Source: Amoebophrya sp. A120 (lineage: Eukaryota > Protista > Dinoflagellata). From it: a stretch of DNA of 64,000 nt. Positions 32,129-43,590 of the stretch are shown here, piece by piece. Where the stretch lies: the NCBI GenBank assembly GCA_905178155.1, contig CAJINV010000003.1, positions 4,029,253-4,093,252 of the forward strand, written 5' to 3'. Position 1 is the first letter of the stretch. Each line of letters starts with the position of its first letter. The notes under the pieces are model-generated. The model saw nothing but the letters and a program-made list of their open reading frames with translations. It had not been told where the DNA came from and made no database searches. Both the position numbers and the translations under genes were made by a program.

Positions 32129-32861
32129 CGTGGTCGCTGGTGCAGCTGGGGGCAGCTTTTCAATTCGTCCTGGTGCTGCTCCTTGCTCAAAACAAGTGTG
32201 CTCAGTAGTCTTGTGTTGGAAGTAGAGGAACTTCAAAGATGAAACGCTCGGTTGCGGAACTCGACAAAGAAAACGATGACTGTTGCACCCTTATTTGGTG
32301 TTGACCAGCAGACACAAGGTAAAGTTGTTCGCATCGCAAAGAGGAAGAAAAAAGTGTGGGCGTTTCCAGGTAAGCAAAAAGAAAAAACCAAAACATAAAT
32401 GAGCTGATCAAGGCACGGTTAGGATCGTTGTGGCGACGCGGCGCGCACGGGCGCAAGAAATGGAAAAGCAACGGGATGCTACCTCTCGTGTCTCTCCCTC
32501 TCTCTAGTATGTGTGTATGGAGCCTTTGAAAAAACCAGGGGCTTCAGCGCTGTTCAACAGTCGTCCGTGTGAACAAAACCAGAACGACAAAGTCAGCCAA
32601 GTAGTAGCGTCAAGAGTCAACGTGCCTGCTTCTTTGACGCTTGACGTCATTTTTGGCATTCCAATAAATTTTCTACTTTCTAGTTTTTCATGTGTCCGGA
32701 TATTCTTTGGTGTTCTTTTTTGCGTTGTCGATGTGGATGTTGTCGCCGTTCTTTTCATTCTCTGTCCCCATATGCCACTTGTTTGCTACGAATAGGCACC
32801 AAGTGCAAAGCGAAAATGTAAATAGTCACGTCCCAATTCCACATTGTCCAATGTATCTCCC

Positions 32862-34112
32862 TATCCTGTGCAAAAGTATCGTACTCGTATAAATCCGCTA
32901 CTGGCATGAATATAACTTCTCACCAACTTCCCAACAACTTATGATCAACTTCTTCCCAACCTTTTCACCAACTTCCCAGCTGTTGAGAAGTTGGCGTAGA
33001 CCGCTTGCCGCGGTTGTTCCGACGCTTGACGCAGAGTTGAAATCCACGCGAAGCTCCTGACAGGCTTCCGGCTAGGACGTCTCAGAAGGAATATCCCGGG
33101 CCTCGATTCGTGGCCGCACGTAAAAAGCACGCCGACGCCGCATTTTGCGGCAAGCGCGGCGCGTTACATCAATTAATGCACAAAGCAATAACTCACTTCT
33201 CAACAACATCTCTACGCACTTCATCTTACCAGCTTCGCGACGAACATTCCGGCGCATTCTGCGGCAAGCTTTGAGCTTTTGGAGGCGTCATGCTAATTCT
33301 TGCATGACGCCTCCAAAAGCTTAAAGCTTGCTGCGAAGTGCGTCGGGAAGTTCGTCGCGAAGCTGTTGAGAAGTGCGTGGAGAAGTTGTTGAGAAGTGAG
33401 CTATTGATTTGCGCATTACTTGATGTAGGGCGCACGCAAACTCGCGTTTTTTTGTGAAAACAAATAAAACGCAGACAATATATCAATTGATTAGCTGAGT
33501 AATTGGCTGCTCAGCTAATCAATTAATTAATCAGCGCCAGGCGAGAATGGCCGGCGTTCAAAGCTTGCCCGCCCAAGCCGCGCGCAGCTCCACATCGCCG
33601 AGGGAAGCTGTCTTCCGCTTCCGGCGATTCTTTCTTTGATGGCTGCACGCAGGACAGATGCGCGCGCGCAGAAATCACGGTCGCGCGGCCTGCCGCCTCT
33701 TGTATACGGCTTTGCGCGTGGTACCGTCGTGCTAACTGATGAAACTGCACTGCAGATAAACGGACAGAACAAGACTGCGGTCTTCTTTCCATTTATCTGC
33801 AGCGCTGTTCCTTCCAGCTCTTGCAGCTGCAGTGGCAACTGCAAGCAGCGAGCACGATATAACTCGCAGCGACGGAGTGACGCGACGCGTCGCTTGGTCG
33901 AGGCGAGAACGACGCCAGCATGTCGCGGCGCGACGCCACTTCTCACCGAAGTTGGTGCGGAAGTCGGTGAGAAGTGGCGCGCGCCACTTCTCACCGACTT
34001 CCGCACCAACTTCGCAACCAACTTCGCAACCGACTTCTCACCGACTTGTCCGTCAGATTCTGCATAGAAATTTTAGCGGATTTATACGAGTACGATACTT
34101 TTGCACAGGATA
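32862..34112. mobile_element. Intergenic non-autonomous TIR element (1251 bp) with family-C ends
   Basis: Perfect 39-bp TIR tatcctgtgcaaaagtatcgtactcgtataaatccgcta; TSD ctccc; no recognisable transposase; internal caacttc repeats and palindromes. Confidence 0.92.
33165..33427. repeat. About 263-bp foldback palindrome
   Basis: Arms tacatcaattaatgcacaaagcaataactcacttctcaacaac...gcttttggaggcgtcatgc pair with the reverse complement ending gatgta; loop near 33294-33301. Confidence 0.85.
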
Positions 34113-34823
34113 CTCCCTGTAGTCACAACTCGACGTCGCAGAGTAGAAGAAAAACAATTCAAGTTGTTCTTCATCCAACTACGGGCAGCTGTTGACCTCT
34201 GCGTCTGAGCATCTTCATGATTCGCGGCTAGCTCTGAGCAGTAATTGCATAAAGTTGAACTTCATGTGTTTGTTAAAACTCTGATGTTGAGTTCGTGCTA
34301 CAGGTTCTGTAAGAAACAGAATGATCTATAATTGCGCTGTACATGTGACGAAGCCCCCGCTCTTGCTCTTTAGCCTCCCTCTCCGTCAAATAAATCGTAC
34401 ACAAAACTCCTCGTCCTGTACTGCGAATAGGCTTTGTTTTTTCGGTAAGCTTTTTGTCAAAACAGGAAAATAGGGCTTTGTTCGAAAGGAAAACAGATCC
34501 AGGTCGTAAATCAATGTAAGTAGTACCGCCTCAAAATTTGTCAGTGATGTATAGAAAACAAAATCATACAGGGTACACAAAGCGTCGTACAATCGTTTTT
34601 TTATAGTGAGTCTATGATGAAAATGAAATTGAAAACAACAGGCCGATAAACAGCGCAACATTTTTTGGGTTGTACTGGCTCTACATACACATAGTATGTT
34701 TAGTCTGCAAAATAAACTACTTATATGCTTGTCGTGATTTTTTCAGACGTATGCGACAGCACGTTGTTCCAAAAGCACGCTGGCGCGCCGTTTTCAACCG
34801 ATATTAAATCGATCGTTGTCTGT

Positions 34824-35420
34824 TTACACGACCAGCAGCTCGTCATCAGAGCAGTCGGAAAAGTCGTCTTCGTCGACATCCAGGAATTCCGGGTATTCGT
34901 GTCCGCCGATGTGCTCGTCGGACCCGGCCTGGACGTAAGTGACGTGGGCGGGGGCAGGCTGGGCAACCTGAAAGGCACCACCGACCACAACGCGAGACTT
35001 GTTGTAGTGGACACCCCAGATCGGGGGGTTCCAGCAGCACGCCGCGTAGCAGCCCATGCAGGAGCAGGGCCAGAAACCGATCCCAAAAAGCGGAATCCAC
35101 GCAAAGATGGCCGCCACACTGCACCCCTCGTAACTGGTCAGAACGCAGGCTGGGCAGCACAGGGAAGCGCAGCAGGTGGGGGCGACGCGCTTATCGCAGC
35201 CAAACTGTCCAATCGGGTTCTTGTCGTCACGGCAGGCGACCGGGGGCATCGGAGCGTCCTTAACAACGGTCACCGGAGCAGGGGCCGGTTGTGCTGGCTG
35301 CTGCACATAAACCGGTTGCGGTTGCGGCGGGGCACCACCCTGAACAGTGACATTCACATGGCCCGGGTGCGGCTGCGGCACCGGCTGCGGTTGATGTTGA
35401 ACATAGACTTGTTGTGCCAT
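34824..35420 (-). CDS. Pro/Gln-rich N-terminus plus Cys-rich hydrophobic protein (PLAC8/CYSTM-reminiscent), copy 1
   Basis: 198-aa ORF; CCASLCCPAC motif, hydrophobic segment, acidic tail. The family resemblance is tentative. Confidence 0.75.
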   Translation of the reverse strand: MAQQVYVQHQPQPVPQPHPGHVNVTVQGGAPPQPQPVYVQQPAQPAPAPVTVVKDAPMPPVACRDDKNPIGQFGCDKRVAPTCCASLCCPACVLTSYEGCSVAAIFAWIPLFGIGFWPCSCMGCYAACCWNPPIWGVHYNKSRVVVGGAFQVAQPAPAHVTYVQAGSDEHIGGHEYPEFLDVDEDDFSDCSDDELLVV

Positions 35421-36643
35421 TTTCGACTGATTTATTTGTTGCAGAAAGAACTACCAAAAGTGTAGTAAAACTAGTACGAGATTCTGAAGCAGTAGCGGGT
35501 TGGTAAAACACTTTTTTACCTACTAGCTAGTTGCGGCGTCGACAAATTCAACAGGAGAACTCACTGTTTTGATATTCATCAACTACGGATCATCATCACG
35601 GAAGAAAAACAGAAAATGGATTCAGGATAGAGAAATGGTATTTCCAGATCAAGATCTTTGCGAACCGACTCCACAAAATCTAGAACAAAATCAGCTTCTT
35701 CAGATCAGATTCTACATGCATGATCCATTTCTGATTCTGGCAAAGGATCTAGTACTTAGCCTGGCATTTTTTTCTTTGGATCTTCGATCTTAATTCATCT
35801 GGGTCTCAGATGATGAGGTCGTTGTTGAGCGACCTGTTCCTGGATCTGGAATGTGATCATTTGCCCTCACATATTCTACGCGTGACCTCCCAAAAACATT
35901 GAGAATGCTCAGCAGTTCATCGAGATCGCCCATTAAACATGTTGTTTGTGGGCATTCGCATTCGGTTGCCAAACACAACCGCAACAAATTCAAGTTGTTC
36001 TTCATCCAACTACGGACAGCTGTTGACCTTTGCGTCTGAGCATCTTCATGATTCGCGGCTAGCTCTGAGCAGTAATTGCATGAAGTTAAACTTCATGTGT
36101 TTAATTAAAACTCTGTTGAGTTCGTGCTACAGGTTCTGTATAGAAACAGAATGATCTATAATTTCGCTGTACATGTGACGAAGCCCCCGCTCTTGCTCTT
36201 GAGCCTCCCTCTCCGTCAAATAAATCGTACACAAAACTCTCCGTCCTGTACTGCGAATAGGCTTTGTTTTTTTGGTAAGCTTTTTGTCAAAACAGGAAGA
36301 TAAGGCTTTCTTCAAAAGGAAAACAGATCCAGGTAAACCAGTGTAAATAGTACCGCCTCAAAATTAGTCAGTGATGTATGGAAAACAAAATCATACAGGG
36401 TGGTACAATCGTTTTATAGTGAGTCTATGATGAAAATGAAAACAACAGGCCGATAAACCAAAACCGCACAACATTTTTTGGGTTGTACTTGCTCTACATA
36501 CACATAGTATGTTTAGTCTGCAAAATAAACTACTTATATGCTTGTCGTGATTTTTTCACACGTATGCGACAGCACGTTCTTCCAAAAGCACGCCGGCGCA
36601 CCGTCCTCTTCAACCGATATTAAATGAATCGATCGTTGTCCCT

Positions 36644-37240
36644 TCACACGACCAGCAGCTCGTCATCAGAGCAGTCGGAAAAGTCGTCTTCGTCGACATC
36701 CAGGAATTCCGGGTATTCGTGTCCGCCGATGTGCTCGTCGGACCCGGCCTGGACGTAAGTGACGTGGGCGGGGGCAGGCTGGGCAACCTGCATGGCACCA
36801 CCGACCACAACGCGAGACTTGTTGTAGTGGACGCCCCAGATCGGGGGGTTCCAGCAGCACGCCGCGTAGCAGCCCATGCAGGAGCAGGGCCAGAAACCGA
36901 TCCCAAAAAGCGGAATCCACGCAAAGATGGCCGCCACACTGCACCCCTCGTAACTGGTCAGAACGCAGGCTGGGCAGCACAGGGAAGCGCAGCAGGTGGG
37001 GGCGACGCGCTTATCGCAGCCAAACTGTCCAATCGGGTTCTTGTCGTCACGGCAGGCGACCGGGGGCATCGGAGCGTCCTTAACAACGGTCACCGGAGCA
37101 GGGGCCGGTTGTGCTGGCTGCTGCACATAAACCGGTTGCGGTTGCGGCGGGGCACCACCCTGAACAGTGACATTCACATGGCCCGGGTGCGGCTGCGGCA
37201 CCGGCTGCGGTTGATGTTGAACATAGACTTGTTGTGCCAT
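36644..37240 (-). CDS. Same protein, copy 2
   Basis: 198 aa; differs from copy 1 at one residue (GGAFQ vs GGAMQ). Confidence 0.75.
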   Translation of the reverse strand: MAQQVYVQHQPQPVPQPHPGHVNVTVQGGAPPQPQPVYVQQPAQPAPAPVTVVKDAPMPPVACRDDKNPIGQFGCDKRVAPTCCASLCCPACVLTSYEGCSVAAIFAWIPLFGIGFWPCSCMGCYAACCWNPPIWGVHYNKSRVVVGGAMQVAQPAPAHVTYVQAGSDEHIGGHEYPEFLDVDEDDFSDCSDDELLVV

Positions 37241-38329
37241 TTTCGACTGATTTATTTGTTGCAGAAAGAACTACCAAAAGTGTAGTAAAACTAGTACGAG
37301 ATTCTGAAGCAGTAGCGGGTTGGTAAAACACTTTTTTACCTACTAGCTAGTTGCGGCGTCGACAAATTCAACAGGAGAACTCACTGTTTTGATATTCATC
37401 AACTACGGATCATCATCACGGAAGAAAAACAGAAAATGGATTCAGGATAGAGAAATGGTATTTCCAGATCAAGATCTTTGCGAACCGACTCCACAAAATC
37501 TAGAACAAAATCAGCTTCTTCAGATCAGATTCTACATGCATGATCCATTTCTGATTCTGGCAAAGGATCTAGTACTTGGCCTGGCATTTTTTTTCGCTGG
37601 ATCTTCGATCTTAATTCATCAGGGTCTCAGATGATGAGGTCGCTGTTGCGCGACCTGTTCCTGGATCAGGAATGTGATCATTTGCCCTCACATATTCTAC
37701 GCGTGACCTCCCAAAAACATTGAGAATGCTCAGCAGTTCATCGACATCCCCCACGAAACATGTTGTTTGTGGGCATTCGCATTCGGTATCGGTTGCTACT
37801 TAAACACAACCGCAATACACCATACACACGCACAGCGCAAATGTTGGGTGTCTATGTGCTCCACAACTGACTCCAAACTTTTAGTTTGTTCTCGGAAGTT
37901 GGAGTTCTGCGATAGCAATTTGACGTTCGTTATGGTCAATCAAGTCGAAGTCCTTGGCTGGCTGCATAATACCATATCGGTGACGGTTGATGCAGCAGAA
38001 CAAACAACTTGATCTGATGGGCATTTTTTTACAGGAGGGTCTAAATTAATACTATCTGGTTGGTAGCAGGTGCCAGTGTTGGAACGGCAACACTTTTGGG
38101 CATTTTTTACAAAAGGGTTCAATGCTAAAGAACAATCGAAAAAGTATTATAGTTTTGAGCAAGACATTTACAGGTCTGTCAAGAAACAAAGAATCTAGAG
38201 TTGATATGCGATCTTGAATTCTAACTCAGAAAACAAAGCGAAGTCTCCTGCTCCACCTACTGTAGCAGGTCCAATCATACAGTGAGTACAGCTCGAATCT
38301 AAAGATCGTTGATCCCGTGGTAGTACCTA

Positions 38330-41300
38330 TCAGATTGCACCCTTTTGGTTCTCCTTAAATTCGGAAATCTTTTCCTTTGCGGCGGCAACTACTTCCTTCC
38401 CGTATTTCTTTACTGGCAGTTCGGAGTAAGCTAGCACATCTTCCGCAGCCCCAAGGAAACTCTTCAGTGGTAGGTCTGTCTCGGAATGACGTGTAACGAT
38501 TCCCTCGTTCTGTGATTTAATCGCCTGCAGCATCTCGCTTCTCTCGTCCATCTCTACAAGCGAAGATTCTTTTTTACTCGTCAACGAAGCTGAAGCTGAT
38601 GCCGCGTCGTGGCGGTTAGTGGTCTCAGAGGGCTTGTTAATATCTCCGTCGGGACGACGCTGAGACTCCACCGTGGACTGCGATTTTATTTGAGAGACTT
38701 CTTGCACAGCAGATGCAGATCGGGCAGCTGGGTCCGCCATCTTGGGAGCGGCGGTGGGTGGCTCCTGCGGCTCTGGTATCTTCGCAGAAGATGTGGAAAA
38801 CAGTTGCAGGAAGGAGACGAACATTTTACCGAGTGGTCCTAGACTGCCGTCCTTCTTCGGATCATGCCTTCGCAGGAGCCGTCGTTTATTTTGTGTCCGC
38901 GGCGGAGGGGGCTCCTCCGGCGCGATTTGGACATTCGGATCGTGCGCAGCCTCTTGCAGATGATCTGGAGGTCGTGCGGCACCAGGTGAAAAACTTGGTT
39001 CGAGCTGGGCCACCGCTTGCGGATCCCCACGAGCAGACTGGTCACTGGAGGTAGCACTTGCACCAGCCTGCGCGCGACGACCGGTTTCATCCGCTTCATT
39101 GGCACCTTGAGCCGGCTGTTCTGGTAGTTGCAACGCTCCCGTTTCCGAAAACGCACTCGACGAAGCGATCGCCTTCTCGTTTTTTGTCTTTTCGTCGTCT
39201 TCGCCTTCATCGTCGTCCTCCCCGTCTTCCTCGTCCTCATCAGCTTCGTCTTCATCATTCTCCTCGTCGCTGTCGCCTTCGCCGCCCTTGTCCTCGTCTT
39301 TATCTTGTTCACCTTTATTACCCGCTCCTGCGTCTTCTTTTGCCCCTGCCTGTGGTGAAATTTCAATTTGATTTTGATTTTTTCCGAGAATCAGTTGTTG
39401 ATGAGAAAAACTAATGCAACAGCAAGGCAGGAGCAGCTAAAAGCGTGACCTCCTTCTCGTCGGGCGCTTCAGCTTTTGGTTTCGGTGGTGCCGTGGCTGC
39501 AGGCGGTCCGTTTTCATCGACTGGAGCCGGTGCTGCCTCCTTGGACTTTGGGGCAAGGGAACCTTCTTCGTCGTCCCCAGCATTGTTCTCCGAATCGTTA
39601 CCGTCGGCAGCCCCCTTGCTAGGCTCCGCTTTCTTTTCAGGTTCTTGCTCCTCTTCTCCCGCCTCTTGTTCTTCCCCACCTGCGGTAGCTCCCCCGGTTT
39701 CGACGTCGGCGGGAGTTGCACTTGCAGCGAGTTTCGTGGCGTACGGTGACCAGGTACTACCGGACGAGCCTTTCGTCTGTTCTCCGTTTATTTCCTTCTG
39801 CTCGTTGTCAAAGGCGTAGGTATCGACATCGGCGTAAGGAGCCCATCGGTCTTTCTGGCCATCGAGCGCGTCGGCAGCTTCTTTGCTCAATCCGCCCGCA
39901 GCGGCAGCGGTAGTCCCAGTTTTCTTCTGGTTGCTTTTGTTCTCGCCACCTTCTTCCTCTCCGCTTTCGCTCCCCTCTTCGCTACTGCTGGCCTCGTCGT
40001 CATCGGTGCTGCTCTCCTCCTCTTCACCTTCGCCGCCCTCGCCTGGCGCATGGCGGCGTTTCCTTTTGCGCGATATCGATTTTCCGTCAGTGATGTCCCC
40101 GGTATCCGCGTCTTCGTCCCCTCCTCCTTCTCCGCCTCCTTCGGCCTTTGCCTTGCCTTTTGCCTTTGCTTTTTTCTTTGCTTTTGTCTTCGACTTAGGC
40201 TTTTTCTTCGCCTCCGTCTTTGCCTTTGCTTTGGGTCCTGTATCAGTCGAGCCCTCGTCGTCCGCTTCGGGTTCGGGTGCCGATTTATTTTCATCCGGTT
40301 CGGGAGCTGCGGGTGCAGGAGCAGGAGGTGGTCTTTCGGGATCTGGCGAAGTTTCCGCTCCGGTGCCACTGAATTCCACTGGTGCCGGCCCTGGTGTAGT
40401 TACTGCGGCCTGTTCCACTTTGGGCGCAATCTTCTTCACTTGCGCTTGCGGCGTCTCGTCCTGCTCCTCGCCTTTCTTGAGGCTTTTGCGCACCTGCCGC
40501 CACTCCTGCGGCGTGCGACGTCGCGTCCGCCACTCGCCGGTGGGCACCTTTTTGTCCTTGTTGTAATTGTACTTCAGTTCGGAGGGGTCGAACAGCCCCT
40601 TGGTCTCGAAGTCATTCAGCATCGCCCGGGAGTACCGCTGCATGTTGGTATCCATGCTGTGCAGCTGTTGCGGCAGCGGCCCGTCGATAAGCTTCCGTGT
40701 GCTCTCCAGGCCCCAATTGTACGCGCGCGTGCTGTCCTGAAGCTTGTCCATCACTTTCAACGCCATTCCCGTCTCATACTGCGCGTCCCCGAGCTCAGTT
40801 AGAAAATTTCCAAGCCTGTTGGATAGATTTGGAAGAAGAGGTTTTTTTTTGCAACCGCAACCGGTTCTATTTTTGGTGAATGTCATCTTTGCTTGCGCAT
40901 GTTAGTTGCACGACTATAGCTCAGATGAGATTAGTCTACCTGCTCTAGAGAAAAAAATACATTTGAACGAGGTGGGCACCAGGTCGCAACTACAAACGAA
41001 AGCAGGAGTAGATGAAAGAAAATTACTTTTCGCGCATTTTATGCAGTGAGCCGTCCTGTCCCGTGACTCCCATTTTTTGCAGGTTTTGCTGAAAGAAGCT
41101 TTGCTTCCCGCTGTCGAGCAGGCAGTGTTGCCCCCAGTGCCTGGGCAGGATTCCGCACTCGAAGCACCGCGCGTTGCGCAGGCAGAGGTGGATCCGGTCC
41201 AGCTTCGCGCCCAGAAAGTTCACCACCATGGCCGTGTTGTCCACGCGGATGTATTGGTCCGCGCTTTTCCGGTAGTTTTCTCGACTCTTGTCGCTGAACA

Positions 41301-43590
41301 GGTGCACGTAGGCCTCCCGAGCCTTGTTCATCTGCAGGTGCAAAAAGTCCTGCACCGTCTCGGCGCCGGGTTTGTCGAGCGGTGCCCGCCGGCGTTTGCG
41401 CAGCCGCTCCACGTAGGGGGCGTCCAGCAGAATCGCCTTGTCCTGCAGGTTGGCTTCCTTCGCCACCTTGAATGCCTTTTGTGCCTTCTCGAACGCCTTC
41501 TGTACTCGTGCATCGCGATCGTCGCGTACCTGCCGGGCTTGCGCCTCCATTGCCTTCGCGTTCGCGCCAGCTGTCCCGTCGCCCAGGGAACTGGCAGCCA
41601 CGATCGCAGCGGATTGCGAAAACTCGGCGGGGTCCAGCCCCAAAGCCGCGTAGTACTCGAGCGGGTCCGTTTGAAACTGCTGCATTGTTCTCGTCGCGCC
41701 CCCACCCGATGCTTCTTCGCTCGTTTCAATACCATCCGGGTCGCGGCGGTCCTCGTAGGCCTCTTCCGGTACCTCGATGCAGCTGTTGCCGCCGCGCAGC
41801 GATTCCAGGTACTTGTCCCCGCCCAGGTCCACCTGTTTTTCCAGTGCCGAAAATGCGTAGAAGTGGTGTTTCGCCGCCTCGAAGATGCGGTCCACCGTGT
41901 CCGGCCAGTCGCGGTTGCGGGCGTCCACGCCTTTCCCGGCCAGCTGACCGGAGATCGGGGTGCCCTGGGCGGCCGGCGAAAAAGCGCCGTTGATATCGTC
42001 GCTCGCGAGAACCAGTCGCCCGCCGCGGCACGCGAGCGTCCCGCTGGTGCGCATGGTGGCGCCAAAGGGCAGCCCAACCATCAACGAATCGCAACGGAGA
42101 TCGCGGTTTTCCGCAACGCCGTTTTGCACCAGCAACAGCTCGCCGTCCGCCCAGGGGCCCTGCAGCGCCAGCGCCCTTCTCTCGTTGTCGGCGAGCGTCG
42201 CCTCCGAGTCCGCGTCTTCGTGAGCCTCTACTTGTTCGCGCATCCCGCCGAGGTGTCCTGCTTTGAGAACCTCGGTGAGTTTGGGGTCTTTCAGGAAAGT
42301 CTTCAGATATGCACCAACGTCCTGAAACTTGTAACCGCCGTTCTTCTTGCTCGTCCGCAAAAGGTCCTGCGCGTCACCACTGAGGTTTACTTTCTCGGCT
42401 GATATTTTCGCCCCACCTCCATCAATTTTCGCAGCGCGGTCCGCCGCTTCCGTCGAGGAGAGTTGGGCCGCCTTGGTGAGCAACTTTTCTAAAGCTGCCC
42501 TCCGCGTATCGACCAGCGTCTGGAACTGTTTCTCTACCCGGGTCTCGGGATCCGCGAGCACGATGCGCCCCGCATTGGGATCGAGAACGAGGGTGAGAAA
42601 GAAGGCATCACTCGCCGCCCCGGCCGCTTTGTGGTACGGGTCGACCGCTCCGGACACATCGCCGAGGGCCTTCCACGCCGCCATTTTGGGGGTGCGTTCC
42701 TCGTCCAGAGCGGACCACTCGAATTTGTACACGCCCGGGCCACAGCTGCCCGAGGAGTACTTCTGGCGCATGAAGCCGTACACTTGGTTCACGCGCTCCT
42801 CCACACTGCGCAGCACCCCCGCTTGGTTGATCTCGCCGCGGAGGTAGCGATCGGGGACGTCGTCCAGGCTCAGCAACCGCCATATGGGACTCTCAAGCGT
42901 TACACTCTCAACTGTTACATGAATTTGTCATGCTAAAGCACCATCATCATCCACACGATCAAGCTGCTTCGCATGAAAACGCATGAAAAAAATGAAAAAT
43001 CCCTGTTTCCACGGCTGAGGACCGGCAGGTAGTGGGCGCAGGCGTTTGAGACGAAAAAAAAAACTCAGCCGATTTTGAAAAAATGGCCAGCGTCCTGATA
43101 CTATAAAACGCATGAAAAAAATGAAAAATACCTGTTTCCACGGCTGAGGTCCGGCAGGTAGTGGGCGCAGGCGCTCGACACAAAAAAAAAAAACTCAGCC
43201 GATTTTGAAAAAATGGCCGATTTTGAAAAAAAAAACTTAGCCGATTTAATTTGCGAAGGGCTAAACGGCATGAAGATCTGTGCCAAATTTGTAATGCGAG
43301 AGGCGCCAGCTACCTTCTTGCACTTTTCCTATTCTTTTTCTTGCATCACAAATTCATGTAGCAGTTGAGAATGTAACGTTTGAGAACGCCATACGCCACA
43401 TGTCCTCCCCGCCCTCCGCCACCGCGCGCAGGATCGCGTCTCGCGTTTCGGCTTGCCTCTGGAAGGTCCGCAGAAACGGAAAGGTGGCATGTGCCACGGG
43501 ATATATTTCTTGCACAAGAAGTAGACGCAGGACCGCGAGCACGCGAAAAAACACCGACGTCAACATCGCCAACCGAAAGGTCGTGGACAT
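38330..43590 (-). CDS. Large probably secreted protein with a degenerate J-domain-like segment and acidic low-complexity tail
   Basis: Signal-like N-terminus from ATG 43590; removal of the family-G element gives EDMWRLLSLDD; phase-compatible GT-AG introns 41026-40816 (MREK|LGNF) and 39449-39350 (EKE|AGAK); stop 38330. Confidence 0.7.
42883..43393. mobile_element. Introner family G (511 bp) with an internal tandem duplication
   Basis: About 51-bp TIR tatgggactctcaagcgttacactctcaactgttacatgaatttgtcatgc; TSD cgcca. Confidence 0.92.

Larger units (their letters stand above)
34156..37812. repeat. Tandem segmental duplication, about 1.83-kb unit x2
   Basis: aattcaagttgttcttcatccaactacgg recurs at about 34156 and 35987; CDS offset 1820; boundaries approximate. 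Confidence 0.9.

Noticed and set aside
33523-34122. ORFs inside the 1.25-kb TIR element as a possible transposase
   Set aside because: Short, built from the caacttc repeats, and without DDE or DNA-binding motifs.
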